Counted from the stretch's first letter, positions 36,555 through 49,652 are shown. The stretch: 64,000 nucleotides of DNA from Octopus sinensis (GCF_006345805.1 NC_043000.1:113832001-113896000); one strand, 5' to 3'. Translations and numbers: made by a program. The notes: a model not told the origin generated them from the sequence alone.

Positions 36555-37156
36555 CATCATCATTTAGCATCCATTTTCCATGCTTGCATCGGTTGGATGG
36601 TTTGATTGAGGTCTGGAGAGCCAGTGGCGGCACCGGGCTCCAATCTGATCTGGCAGTGTTTCTACAGCTGGATGCCCTTCCTAATGCCAACCATTCTGAG
36701 AGTGTGGTGGGTACTTTTTACGTGTCACTGGCACAGGAGCCAGTCAGGTGGGCCTAGCATTGGTCATGTTCATATGGTGCTTTTTACGTGCCACCAGCAC
36801 AGGAGCCAGTCAGTGGGTACTAGCATTGGCCACATTCGAATGGTGCTTTTTACATACCACCAGTACAGGAGCCAGTCAGGTGGGCCTGGCATCGATCACA
36901 TTTGGATAATGCTTTTTATGCACCACTGGCAAAGGGGCCAGTCAGGTGGGCCTGGCATCGATCATGTTCGGATAGTGTTTTCTACTTGCCACCAGCACAT
37001 GAGCCAGTCAGTGGGTACTGGCATTGGCCACATTTGGATAATGCTTTTTACGTGCCACTGGCATGGGAACCAATCAGGGTTACTGGCATCGGCCACATTC
37101 TGATAGTGCCTTTTATGTGTCACTGGCACAGGAGCCAGTCAGGGGGCACTGGCATC
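36555..37156 (-). mobile_element. RTE 3' end with a 66-bp minisatellite of about seven units (36712-37156)
   Basis: Unit starts near 36715, 36781, 36847, 36913, 36978, 37046, 37111. Confidence 0.9.
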
Positions 37157-37779
37157 AACTCTGGTTATATGAACCATTGGGTTATAAGTTAGATTCGTCA
37201 CTTCTTAAATCAGCTGACCTAATTAAAACCCTTCCATTAAAACTCCAGTTGACTAATTATTGTCCATACTACCCTTCATCAGTTGCTTAAGATTAAATTA
37301 GCTCAATTATTCATCATACCATCCACAGGAATTTAAGACAGGTTTGAACTGCAGATAAACTCCTACTAAATACCAGGCTTGACCTGTGGACAGTTACACC
37401 GTATAAATGCTGTGATCTATAATGCCTTCCCAACACAAATAGATAGTCTGATAAACAAATTTAAGTCCAGTCGCTTAATGAAGACATACTGCAGGCAATT
37501 AGCACTCATTAGAAAGTAATTCCCAGCCATATAATTAACGATTTAAACTGGTAGAGCAACAGAAAGTTCAATCCACTCAATGCTCCATGTCTAATGTAAT
37601 ATATATTCAGATCTTGTTGGTTTCATAAAGGTGGCAAGCTGGCAGAATCATTAGCACGCTGGACGAAATGCTTAGCGGTACCTTTTTTTTTACATGGCAC
37701 CATCACCAACACTTTTTACATGGTGCCATCACCGGTGCTTTTTATGTGGAACCCTCACCAATGCTTTTTTACATGACTC

Positions 37780-38180
37780 CAGTACCTATTTCTTTACTAT
37801 CCATAGAGTGGACAAGCAAGGACAGACAAAGGGATTAAATCGATTACAGCGACGCCAGTGCGTAACTGGTACTTAATTTATCGACCCTGAAAGAATGAAA
37901 GGCAAAGTCAACCTTGGCAGAATTTGAACTCAGAATGTAACAGCAGACGAAATACCTATTTCTTTACTACCCACAAGGGACTAAATACAGAGAGGACAAA
38001 CAAGGACAGACAAATGGATTAAGTTGATTACATCAACCCCAGTGCGTAACTGGTACTTAATTTATCGACCCTGAAAGAATGAAAGGCAAAGTCAACCTTG
38101 GCGGAATTTGAACTCAGAACATAGCAGCAGACGAAATACCGCTAGGCATTTTGCCCGGTGTGCTAACGTTTCTGCCAGCT
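37780..38180 (-). mobile_element. SINE family B dimer
   Basis: Same junction at ~37952; CpG-decayed. Confidence 0.88.
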
Positions 38181-38399
38181 CACCCAGTGCTACATGTATT
38201 CATCCGATCCATGCTGGCATAGAAAACCAGGTGAGGAATGAACTGTAGAACCAGAGATCCATAGAAATTTTTTTGTGACTCCCTTTCTTTTGTGTTCCTA
38301 ATGGAACAAATAGCAGTCTAATCCATCCAGAGAAAATAATTCACCAGTTCTCTTCTTTGTAAATAACGCAAAGACTCATCCACAATGTGAAGGAGTGAG

Positions 38400-38400
38400 G

Positions 38401-38450
<50 letters not shown>

Positions 38451-38570
38451 CACTACTACTACTACTGTCACCACCACCACTACTACTACTACCGCCACCA
38501 CCACCATCACTACTACTACTACTACCGTCACCACCACCACTACTACTACTGCCACCACCACCACTACTCA
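38400..38570. repeat. (ACT)/(ACC)/(GCT) trinucleotide mosaic
   Basis: Direct reading. Confidence 0.95.
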
Positions 38571-38723
38571 GTACAGCCAGCTGTCACTTGCAAGTATGGC
38601 TTGATAGCATGTACCATGCTTTTGTTAATTGTTTTCAGGGCCTTTGTAGTCCTAGGTAGGCATAAACCCTCTCTTGGACCTCTTCCCCCTTGATCCAGTG
38701 GGACATCCAGTGTGTGACTGCTG

Positions 38724-38766
<43 letters not shown>

Positions 38767-39199
38767 CAGCAAGAGAGAGAAAGAGAGAGTGAGAGAGAGA
38801 ATTCTGCCCCAACAACCAGCTGGTTATCACATACTATGGAGTAGATTGGATCAATGTGGAATGAAGTACCTTGCTCAAGGACACAATCCACCACCCAGTT
38901 CAGGAAGTGAACCCATGGTTCTGTGATCATGCACTAAACACCCTAACCACCAGCTCACTCCTCGGCACTCCGCAAGAAGCAATGACTTCTCTGTCCAAGC
39001 TGTGTGTTCCACAAGACTGATTTCACAAATCGATTGAAATAAAAGACAAACTGAACTCGTTCAGAACTTGTCTTTGTTGAGCAAATGACATCAGAGAGAA
39101 TCAATCCTGTTTATCGATTTGAGTCTATGTTGATATTAAATATGTCACTGCAAGGAAGAAGAAAATTAACCATGACAATATTATTCCCAGAGACCGAAA

Positions 39200-39420
39200 A
39201 ATTCCCAGGAAATGAAGGACAGACGTCTCATACCTTGTGGTCTTCCAATATGCTGGACACCAACCTGGAATTTCTGAGGGCCTATGTTGTTGCTAGGTAG
39301 TTGTTGGACCTACATCAGGTTCATCCAGCTGTTTTTCTGTCCTTTTAATAACAGTTTATCATTTCCATACGACACACTGTTTGGTGTGTGTTGCCGCCAA
39401 GAAATGTCCTTTGCTCACCT
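39200..39420 (-). pseudogene. Decayed RTE-X-like LINE C-terminal fragment
   Basis: DISWRQHTPNSVSYGN...HIGRPQ with an internal stop. Confidence 0.45.
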
Positions 39421-39579
39421 TAAAATCTTGCTCTTTGAGACACGTTATATATTGCATTCATGGGTTCCCTGTCAGTGGTGTACTGTGGGATATACATGGT
39501 GTGTGTACCATACAAAGCAACCATTTTATATATGTGTGTGTGTTCACTGTAGTCTGAGGTATGATACATTTAAGGTGGG

Positions 39580-39820
39580 TTTTTTTATTTCTTTATTGCC
39601 CACAAGGAGCTAAACATAGAGGGGACAAAGAAGAACAGACAAAGGGATTAAATCGATTACATCAACCCCAGTGCGTTACTGGTACTTAATTTATCGACCC
39701 CGAAAGGATGAAAGGCAAAGTCGGCCCTTGGTGGAATTTGAACTCAGAACATAGCAGCAGACGAAATACGGCGACACATTTCGCCCAGTGTGCTAACGTT
39801 TCTGCCAGCTTGCCGCCTTA
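39580..39820 (-). mobile_element. SINE family B monomer
   Basis: Consensus match. Confidence 0.88.
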
Positions 39821-39999
39821 ACATTTAAGGAGGGGTGGGGCACTCAACTTAGCTACTTCACAGGGCAGCCAAAATCTATGCTATAACACTGTTACACGCA
39901 CTCTTGAAAAATATGGATAGACTTATGTCTTTGATCATAAGTCTGCTTGATCAAGGTTGACCTGTGGATAAATAAAAACTAGAACAACTTCAATTACAT

Positions 40000-40170
40000 T
40001 TCCAAAGCTTCTTTAGAAATGGTGTATGTTCCCCAAAACTTCAAAGAATCCACATGATTTTTCCATTAGAGAAGAATAGAACAGATGCTAGAATTTACCG
40101 ACTGATCTCTCTGACTTCACACATTGGCAAAGTCATGGAATGAATTATCTGGGAGTTGCACTCGTTATGT
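40000..40170 (+). pseudogene. CR1/L2-group RT fragment
   Basis: RIYRLISLTSHIGKVME resembles NYRPISLTS..K.ME. Confidence 0.6.
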
Positions 40171-40377
40171 TCTTAGCAGAAAATGGCACAAGAAGTGATT
40201 AGCCAGTCTGATTCTCATCCAGGTAGAAACTGCTCCCCTCTACACCCCTAACTGTGTATTTTTTCTCTTTTACTGGTTCCAGATAATTAGTTGTGGCCAT
40301 GCTGGGATACAGATATTAAAGTGTGTAACTCAAGGCAAGGAACAAAGATGAAATATTACCAACCCTTTCTGTAGCTG

Positions 40378-40570
40378 GTGGAGGCATATAGCCTAGTGGT
40401 TAGAGCAGTGGACTCGTGGTCGAGGGATCATGGGTTCAAATCTCAGACCGGGCGATGTGTGTGTTTATGAGCAAAACACCTAAACTCCACGCAGCTCTGG
40501 CAGAAGGTAATGGCGAACTTCTGCTGACTCTTTTGCCACAACTTTCTCTCACTCTTTCCTCCTGCATCAT
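40378..40570 (+). mobile_element. SINE family D
   Basis: ggaggcatatagcctagtggttagagc...ggttcaaatctc. Confidence 0.85.
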
Positions 40571-40774
40571 CTTATTCATCATCATCATCATCTTAACTTC
40601 ACTCCACTCACACTCAATCTTTACTCAGTCTCACTCTACTAATTCCATTTCAACCAGTCTCTTCACTTCATCCTCTTCCCTTTTCTACTCTAGGCACAAG
40701 GCCTGAAATTTTGGGGGAGAGGACCCAGGCAATTAGATCAACCCCAGTATGCAACTGGTACTTAATTTATCGCT

Positions 40775-40935
40775 GAGTGGTTGGTGCTCAGAAGGGCATC
40801 CAGCTGTAAAAATCCTGCCAAAATAGCCACAGAAGTCTGGTGCAGGCTTCTGCCTGGCTGGCTCTTGTGAAACTGTCCCACCCCTGGTAGCATGGAAGGC
40901 AGATGTTAAATGACGATAATGATGGTGATGATGAT
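40775..40935 (+). mobile_element. RTE 3' end
   Basis: gagtggttggtgctcagaagggcatccagctgtaaaa...(gat)n. Confidence 0.75.
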
Positions 40936-42044
40936 GACACCATTTCATGATTATGATGCCAACCAATCCTTCATGGTTAGAATCGGTAGATGGATTCTGC
41001 TAGTTCCAGCAACCTTATAGAAGTTCCCTTGTCAGCTCATAGAGGTCCTTTCATCAGCTTCTTAACTCCTAAAGCCTTGGTTCATTGACTCATCAGGGCT
41101 CTCTCTTTCTCTAGCTCAAGAGAGGCTCGTTTGGCCTATGTGAGAGTTCCCTTCTTAACTTGTCTTATGGGGGACTCCCTAATTATTGGAAACTTATTTA
41201 TTGTTGTTGTTGTTGTTCTCTAAATGTTGGTGGTTCCCTTATATTAAGATTATTGGATCATAATGTTATGGTTTGTTGTTTATCACCACAATGTTGTTAT
41301 TTAGCCCCGAGTCAGCCTCAATCAAAAGTCCCCAAGCCATGATCATCTTATACATTTTTTGTTCAATTTTTTAAGATAACAAAACACCATTGTTGTTGTT
41401 ATTGGTACTGTTGTTGGTGTTGTTGTTATTGTGACTGATGAGGCTCATCTGATTTCGTTGCTATAGTAACAAACCAGCTAACTCTACCACCGTTGCTAAA
41501 TCAATGTATTTAAGACTTTAAGATCCCAGCTAGAATAATCTATTTCCATTGAGATTATTGTTAATCTTCTCATACATGCTTTTATCTATTTACTATTGAT
41601 GTTGTTGATATTGTTGCTGTTGTATAGGTATCTCAAACAGATCTGTCTATATTTACCCGTTCTACTTGTCACGGTCTGTCTACGTGTTGATCTGTCATTT
41701 TGCTCATCTTATTTCATGAACACAAACCACACTGCTTACCTTTTTCTCAACACATCTGGGATATATGCCATTTCTTCATTCATTTTACAACTGGTTTTCC
41801 ATGCTAGCAAGGGTCAAAATAACACATATTATTAAGGAGCGATGCATATTATTTTTTTTGCTGCTATATGCCCTGACACTTACTAGCTCTTAACTGAGTT
41901 TTAAATAACATTTTATGTCCTACACTTCTATATTTAAGGCATGAGGAATTATGTACATTGTTTACATTATTTACAAACAACGAAGACAGGTGAAGGAACA
42001 ACAAGCAGGTGTATCAGTTTGACACTTGGGAAGAATAGGAAAGT

Positions 42045-42080
42045 CTTTGACATTTCGAGCCTGTGCTCTTCAACAGAAAA
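42045..42080 (-). ncRNA. Family X hammerhead-like motif (CUGUUGA core)
   Basis: P1 tttt/aaag, GAGC-acag-GCTC, GAAA, ATGT (from ACGT), GUC triplet; lies in an element homologous to 7345-7526. Confidence 0.5.
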
Positions 42081-42129
42081 GATTGAGAGGGGAAAAAAAT
42101 GGAGAGAAAAAAAATATTAACAGTTCAAC

Positions 42130-42765
42130 ATACACACACACACACTACAGACTTCCATACATGGCCATCAACCAATTTCATTCACAAGGCATTGGTGAGC
42201 CAACTGATGTTCATGTGTTTACATCCCCCGTAACTTAGCTGTTCAGCAAAAGAGACCGATGGAACAAATACTAGTCTTACAAAGAATAAGTCCTGGGGTT
42301 GATTTGTTTGACTAAAGGCAGTGCTCCAGCATGGCTGCAGTCAATGTTGTAGTAGAAGTCACTTACTCTTTTACTCTTTTATTTGTTTCAGTCATGTGAC
42401 TGTGGCCCTGCTGGAGCACCGCCTTTAGTCGAGCAAATCAACCCCAGGACTTATTCTTTGTAAGCTTAGTACTTATTCTATCAGTCTCTTTTGCCGAACC
42501 GCTAAGTTACAAGGATGTAAACACACCAGCATCGGTTGTCAAGCGATGTTGGGGGGGCAAACACAGACACATAAACATATACACACACATACATATACAT
42601 ATATACAACGGGCTTCTTTCAGTTTCCATCTACCAAATCCACTCACAAGGCTTTGGTCGGCCCGAGGCTATAGTAGAAGACATTTACCCAAGGTGTCACA
42701 CAGTGGGACTGAACTCAGAACCATGTGGTTCCTAAGCAAGCTACTTACTACACAGCCACTCCTAC
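42130..42765. mobile_element. SINE A (plus, partial, 42130-42365) and a full SINE A (minus, 42370-42765)
   Basis: Consensus match. Confidence 0.87.
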
Positions 42766-43264
42766 GTCACTTGCTCAAAATACCATGCTGTGGGATGGAA
42801 CATGGGACCATGTGGTTTCAGGTTCCATCTCACACCATTTCTTACCAGTTCTATAGTTTCTCTGCAAGAGAGGAAAGGCTTCAGTATCAACAAATAATGC
42901 CAAAACCAATTATTTGCTCAACAAAAACAACCAAAACAATAGCATTTGCTTTAAAATGCGTCACAAGAACTACAATTCTGATCAATGCCGCCACTGCAAC
43001 ATTGGTGATGTTATACAAACACTGCAGCCTGGTGTCTGTTACAGACTCTGTCAATGCCTGATGCCAAAACCAAACAAATGGACTTTTCATTCTTCATAGT
43101 TAACATATTGAACAAATTTCTGGCCATTGTGATCGGAACCAGCTCAGTGAGCAAAATGGAAGTTTTCTAAAGCCAAGTACACAAATCAACAGATGAGGAT
43201 TTACAGCTGTGAATTAATACATTAGGCCACAGATTATACATGCGTGTGTCTGTGTGTGTGTGTG

Positions 43265-43700
43265 TAGCTTAGTGGTTAGGGTGTTCAACTCATAACCTAC
43301 CAAGACATAAGTTTGATTCCTGACGACTTCACTTCATGTTGCTCCAGTCCACTCAGCTGGCAAAAATGAATTCATCATCATCATCATCATCATCATTTAA
43401 CGTCCGTTTTCCATGCTAGCATGGGTTGGACGGTTCAACCGGAGTCTGGGAAGCCAGGAGGCCGCACCAGGCTCCAGTCTGATCTGGCAGTGTTTCTACA
43501 GCTGGATGCCCTTCCTAACACCAACTCCGTGAGTGTAGAATTGTACCTGTAATTACAAAGGGACCAACCTTGGTAAATTCTATATCACTTTGTATCTCCC
43601 TGAGAACTATATTAAGGGTACGTGTGTCTGTGGAGTACTCAGCCACTTGTATGTTAATTTCATGAGTAGGTTGTTCCATCGATTTGATCCACTGGAACAC
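43265..43700 (+). mobile_element. SINE family C interrupted by an RTE 3' end (43372-43540, minus)
   Basis: The SINE body resumes at aattgtacctgta after the insert. Confidence 0.78.
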
Positions 43701-43934
43701 ACATTGTCATTTATATGTCTTCTTTTTTTCTTTTAGCTGTTTCAGTCAGTTGACTGCGGCCATGCTGGAGCACCGCCTTTAGTTGAACAAATCAACCCCA
43801 GGACTTTTTCTTTGTAAGCCTTGTACTTAATTCCGTCAGTTTCTTTTTCCGAACTGCTAAGTTACGGGGATGTAAACACACCGACATTGGTTGTCAAGCG
43901 ATGATGAGGGGACAAACACAGACACACAACCATG

Positions 43935-44567
43935 CGCCGTGAGGACTAAAGACTTGAAGTATTTCGTGTTGCAAGACAGTGTGTGAGAGAGAATCGTGAT
44001 GTTGTAGGAGAGAAATGTGTTCGCATGGATGATGGTTCACTTGCACTAAATGAAGCTGCAAAGAGAGAGGTTCGGAGACGCCACTATGAAAGGTTGCTCA
44101 ATAAAGAAAATGAATGAGAGAAAGAGAGTCTGCCGAATGTCAACCCAACAGAGGGACCAGCTATCCGAGTTGACAGTTCTTGGGTAGTTAAGGCAATTAG
44201 AAGCATGACGACAGGGAAAGCCCCAGGCCCATCAGGAATTACTGCAGAGATGCTCAAAATATCTGGCAGTGTCGGCTATAACCTAGTCACCCGTATAGTT
44301 AACCAGGTGATACATGAAGGTCTCATACCCAATGACTGGTGTAGCAGCACACTAGTCAACTGCTACAAGGGTAAAGGAGACGCCCTAGATACAAATAATT
44401 ACAGAGGTATCAAGCTGTTGGATCAGGTAATGACAGTCACGGAGAGGGTCATAGCCCAACTAATTAGGGAGAGAGTCAGTTTAGATGAGATGCAGTTTGG
44501 GTTCGTGACAGGGAAAAGCACCACTGATGCTATATTTCTGGTTAGACAGCTGCAGCAGAAATACCTT
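43935..44567 (+). pseudogene. RTE-clade LINE, N-terminal RT region
   Basis: EVFRVARQCVRENRDVVGEKC...GKAPGPSGITAEMLK...NYRGIKLLDQVM...MQFGFVTGKSTTDAIFLVRQLQ; two in-frame stops; truncated at both ends. Confidence 0.93.
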
Positions 44568-45004
44568 TCCTAACAGACACTGCTCCTTGTTCCTTGGCCT
44601 TAGATTTTGATATACAAAGATTTGATTAACAAGACTACAAATTAAAACTGACCCCAAAAAACAGTGACAGGCTAGATCTCTAAAAAGTCTTTTTTCCTGA
44701 TGCCTTAGTAGCTTCTAATCTGAAGTGAAGGCAGCATGTTTTTTGTCCATCTCCTTACCTTCTTGGAGTATTTAGGTAAAATTATACAAATGTGTCCATC
44801 TGTTTTAATTTAATTTAATTCTATGTCATTATGCAGCTGAGGATTGCTCTGCATTTAAATTGATGTAAGGGTTGGATTGTTCAATTAAAGGGAGTTGCTT
44901 GAAACGATCATACTGCATTACCTCTGGATATCCTGTTGCTTATTTTGACATATATATGTACACACACACACACACATACAATATTTACATGTATGTAGGA
45001 ATAT

Positions 45005-45200
45005 TAAGCCGGGCGAAATGGTTAGTGGTATTTCGTCTGTTTTCTTTACATCCTGAGTTCAAATTCCGCTGAGGTCGACTCTGTCTTTCATCCTTTCGGG
45101 GTAGATAAATTAAGTACCAGTTGCGTACTGGGGTCGATCTAATCGACTGGCCCCCACCTCCCCAAAAATTTCGGGCCTTGTGCCTAGATAAGAAAATCAT
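45005..45200 (+). mobile_element. SINE family B monomer, short 3' end
   Basis: Consensus match. Confidence 0.87.
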
Positions 45201-45689
45201 ATAGGAATATTAAGATCGTTACTAATTCAGACAAGTGGAATTACAGTAGGAAGAAACAAAATTGGAAAGCGCAGAGAATATGTGTGTGTGTGTGTGTGTG
45301 TACACACGTACAAATATGTATATGAAGACAGACTCGCAGAAGAAGTAAGCCTCAGCATCTGTCCTGTGAGATGTTTAAATCTATCATGGATCACGTAAAG
45401 TCAGTGAAATGAAAATATCTACGACTTGTTTTTGCAGATGCTTGGTTGGAGTTGCATGTTTAAAATGGTCGTAAATGTTTCCCTCTTACTGAATTTCGCA
45501 GATTCTTTCTTTGGCAAACTTTCCTGGAAATTAGTTCACAAGCTGTTGTGGTGGTGTTGGGGGCAAGTCAATGAGAACGACTTCGTTTTTTTCTTGTTTT
45601 TTTTTTTTGTATCTCTTACTGATATCTTCCTTCCTATCTGATAAATATATTTTTATGAAATACAGCAATAAACGTATATTACATATACA

Positions 45690-46143
45690 CACACATAGTA
45701 GACATACATATGTAATATATAGCACACACACACATGTATATATGATATATATATAAATAAAATATATAAATAATATATATAAATAAAAAATATATAAATA
45801 AAATATACATATATTTTATATATATATATATAATATATATAAATAAAATACATATATATTTTATTTATATATGTTTTTCTTATCTATATTATATATACAT
45901 GTGTGTGTGTTATATATATTATATATGTATGTCTATTTATGTGTGTGTGTATATATATATAGATATGTATATATATGCATGTATATATATATATATGTAT
46001 TTGTATATGTATATATATGTATGTGTATATGTATATTTGTATGTATATATGTATATGTATATGGAAGTGTATGTATATGTATATACATGTATGTATGTAT
46101 ATATATGTATGTATATATGTATATATATGTATGTGTATATATG

Positions 46144-46188
<45 letters not shown>

Positions 46189-46240
46189 TATATATATATA
46201 CACACACATACACACACACACAAACAAACACACACAATGC
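45690..46240. repeat. AT-rich (TA)/(TATG) low-complexity tract
   Basis: Direct reading. Confidence 0.93.
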
Positions 46241-46370
46241 GTTTGTATTTGTGTTTTAAAATGAGTTTTGTGGTGAATGTGCTTCAGAAATAAATGCCTA
46301 AAGCAAGATGTTACTACGTTAATGTTTGTTTGAATGGTTAATGTTTTGTGTGGGTTTTTTTTTTCTATAG

Positions 46371-46423
46371 GTAATACGTTAGTGAACAGAGGAAAGATTT
46401 CTCCATGGTTGAATCCTGTTTAA
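46371..46423 (+). CDS. Candidate terminal coding exon of an unidentified host gene
   Basis: Strong acceptor (t)10ctatag; the only open frame reads [17 protein letters not shown]; attaaa ~20 nt after the stop; peptide not recognised. Confidence 0.3.
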
Positions 46424-46662
46424 ACCTCATTAGATTCAATCATTAAACATTATTGCCACTCTCTCCACCACCACCATCACCACCACCACCACCACCACCA
46501 CCACCACCACCACCAGCCACACCCATTGCAATTGTCAAGATTTAATTCAAATTTTAATTTATAAATTCATATATATATATATGTTTATATATGTTTATAT
46601 TTTTATATATATGTATATACATATATCTATCTATCTATCTATCTATCTATATATATATATAT

Positions 46663-46878
46663 TTCTTCTCTACTAAAAGCACAAGGTCTGAAATTTTGTG
46701 AGAGGAGACAATTCAGTTACATGGAGTGCAGTATATCTCTGGTACTTAATTTATCGACCCTGAAGGGATGAAAGGCAAAGTCGACCTTGGCAGAATTTGA
46801 ACTCGGAATGCAGCTGCAGGCAAAAGACCACTAACCATTTTGTCCAACATGCCAATGATTCTGCCAGCTCACCACCTT
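46663..46878 (-). mobile_element. SINE family B monomer
   Basis: Consensus match. Confidence 0.82.
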
Positions 46879-46893
46879 ACTAGAAATTGTGTA

Positions 46894-46986
<93 letters not shown>

Positions 46987-47189
46987 TCATGGATACATAC
47001 GTGTATATATATATATATATATATATATCACACACATGTTAATAAAATGTGTATACAGTGGTATATATTATTTATATCCACATACACATGCATATTCACT
47101 CCTGAAAACGCACACATTTTTACGTATGTGTGTGTGTATTTATGTTGATATTATTAGTTCATCCATTGTTGACAGTGAGCATGGATATC

Positions 47190-47420
47190 ACATGAGAAAT
47201 GCAAGAAAGAATCACGGTGTGTCCAGCTGTGGCCAACCAGTCCAATATACACTCAGAAGGCTCTGCCACAAGTCAGACACTGGTGATCTGCTGGGACTGA
47301 AGTCAAAGAGTTAGCTCTTGACTTGCACAATGTGCATTTTGCTTTGTTCTACCATTAAAGAACAATGTTTATACCATAGCGTGGATATAGGCCAAAATAC
47401 TCAGATAATCCTTGGTGTTA
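47190..47420 (-). pseudogene. RTE/BovB-type C-terminal C2H2 zinc-finger remnant
   Basis: [22 protein letters not shown] (CGA>TGA decay). Confidence 0.55.
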
Positions 47421-47717
47421 ATTCTACCATGCAGAACTACTAAAGGTCCAAGAGAACAATGTGAACTCCACCATATTGATCTGTTAGGTGTAGACCTTCA
47501 TCAGCTGACTAGCATTGTTGTTGATGTTTTAACCCTTTCATTACCGTATTTCTGTTGAGATGCTCTGTATTTCTTTCAATTAATTTTAAATATAACAAAT
47601 AATTTAGTAAAATAACTTAGTTATCATTAAGCTAGTGTTGGGAACATAAATTGTGACTAAGGTTTGGAAACAAGACATTTGTACAACAGAACCAGAGGCG
47701 GTTTCAGCTGGATTGGT

Positions 47718-48190
47718 TTCATCATCATCATCATCATCATCATCATTTAACGTCCGCTTTCCATGCTAGCATGGGCTGGACAATTTGACTGAGGTCTGGC
47801 GAACCAGATGGCTGCACCAGACTCCAATCTGATCTGGCAGAGTTTCTACAGTGGGATGCCCTTCCTAATGCCAACCACTCCGAGAGTGTAGTGGGTGCTT
47901 TTACATGCCACCGGCATGAGGGCCAGTCAGGCGGTACTGGCAACGGCCATGCTCAAATGGTGCTTTTTATGTGCCACCTGCACAGGAGCCAGTCCAGTGG
48001 CACTGGCAACGACCTCGCTCGAATGTTTTTTCACATGCCACCAGCACAAGTGCCAGTAAGGCGACGCAGGTAACGATCACGCTCGAATGGTGCTTTTTAC
48101 GTGCCACCGGCACAGAGGCCAGCTTGTTGCTCTGGCAACGATCATGCTCATATGGTACTCTTAGCGCTCCATTAGCACGGATGCCAAGGG
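47718..48190 (-). mobile_element. RTE 3' end with about five tandem UTR units
   Basis: Colinear with 61553-61950. Confidence 0.88.
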
Positions 48191-48601
48191 TTAAACATGC
48201 TGGGTGGATCCAGCAATTCTGATAATGTCTGACTGCTTAGAATATATTCTTCTCTTGGTCTCAGATGACACATTCCTATTAGAGACTTCTACTTCTTTCT
48301 GGGCCTTCAATACAAAGGGTCTAATTACATTCAACAAACTGGAGATTTCAGAGATGCTGTGGTCGGTGGCTACACCCACAAATAGAATGTAATGTTTCCC
48401 ATCCTGGTGATGCAGCGAATGCACCTGAAGATCTCTTTGACTGGCATCAACATGGCAGGAAGTTAAACATGTTGCATAGTGTGTTTGATTGTCTCCTGTT
48501 AATGGCCAACGGAAATTTATTCACAAGTACCCAGAAACCCACTGCATGCTGTATGTGTGTGTGTGTGTAGTGGATGTACACAAACACACACACATGTATG
48601 C

Positions 48602-48688
<87 letters not shown>

Positions 48689-48697
48689 ATATATTAT

Positions 48698-49110
48698 AGG
48701 GGTGCAGGGATGGCTGTGTGGTTAAAAGCTTGCTTCCCAACCACATGGTTCTGGGTTCAGTCCCACTGTATGGTACTTTGGGCAAGTGTCTTCTACTATA
48801 GCCTTGGGCTGACCAAAGCCTTGTGAGTGGATTTGGTAAATGGGAACTGAAAGAAGCCTTTCATATATATAATATGTGTGTGTGTGTGTGTGTATACATG
48901 TATATATTTGTGTTTGTGTTTGTCCACACACACACATAGACACCATTGCTTGACAACCAATGCTGATATGTTTGCGTTTCTGTAACTTAGTGGTTCTGCA
49001 AAAGAGACCGATAAAATAAGTACCAAGCTTACAAAGAATAAGTCCTGGGATTGATTTCTTCAATCCAGCATGGCCATAGTCAAAAACTTAAACAAATAAA
49101 TTTTTAAAAA
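48698..49110 (+). mobile_element. SINE family A, strongly CpG-decayed
   Basis: Consensus match. Confidence 0.87.
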
Positions 49111-49201
49111 ATGGAATATAAAAAAAGAATATATATATGATTTGTTTAGAATATGTCGTTGGCAGTAGCAGATCTTAGCCCTCACTCCAGTGATCAGGTG
49201 C

Positions 49202-49250
49202 TTGTGGCTGAGGATGAGCCAAATAGCTTGAAACTGAATCAGTCTTGCAA
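49202..49250 (+). ncRNA. Type-I hammerhead motif with a full helix III
   Basis: P1 ttgtgg/ttgcaa (3 G-U), CUGAGGA plus U, stem II GAGC/GCTT, GAAA, helix III ACTG-aat-CAGT, GUC triplet. Confidence 0.62.
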
Positions 49251-49571
49251 TCCTGTTAGCTGCTGGAGAGTAATAGGGGTTCGCTACCCCTGTGTGCGAT
49301 GTATTGTATATAAAGGGTGCAGAGCATTGCTCCGATAACCAGTTGGTGGAGAATCCGCCTGGGGTTAAACTAGTAGTAACAGTCAACTACCACCTTGATT
49401 TGGTGACTCCTTTTAGATGTATCATCATCATCATCGTCGTTTAACATCTGTTTTCCATGCTGGCATGGGTTGGACGGTTTGACTGAGGTCTGGTAAGCCA
49501 GTGACTGCACCAGGCTCCACATTGGAACCTGGTGCAGCTCTTGGCTTCACATATATATCATCTTCGTTATC

Positions 49572-49626
<55 letters not shown>

Positions 49627-49652
49627 ATACACACACACACTTCTTCCATTTT

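Noticed and set aside
36712-37156. CRISPR-like regular array (also the 22-bp array at 5743)
   Set aside because: Units are contiguous tandem repeats without unique spacers, in a eukaryotic retroelement context with no cas genes
39235-39310. Minus-strand exon with AAG|gtatga donor
   Set aside because: Better explained as a decayed RTE-X C-terminus
41445-41470. ctgatgag as a hammerhead core (also ctgatgaag at ~33175 and ctgaagaagg at ~18661)
   Set aside because: No stem II plus GAAA and helix III follows
44837-44864. 28-nt plus-strand microexon (EDCSAFKL)
   Set aside because: Splice signals only; cannot be supported
47177-47314. Plus-strand exon-like [14 protein letters not shown]...
   Set aside because: It is the antisense of an RTE zinc-finger remnant
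48191-48424. Minus-strand ORF HYILFVGVATDHSISEISSLLNVIRPF...
   Set aside because: Protein-like but unrecognised, with no clear splice boundaries; may be a transposon fossil
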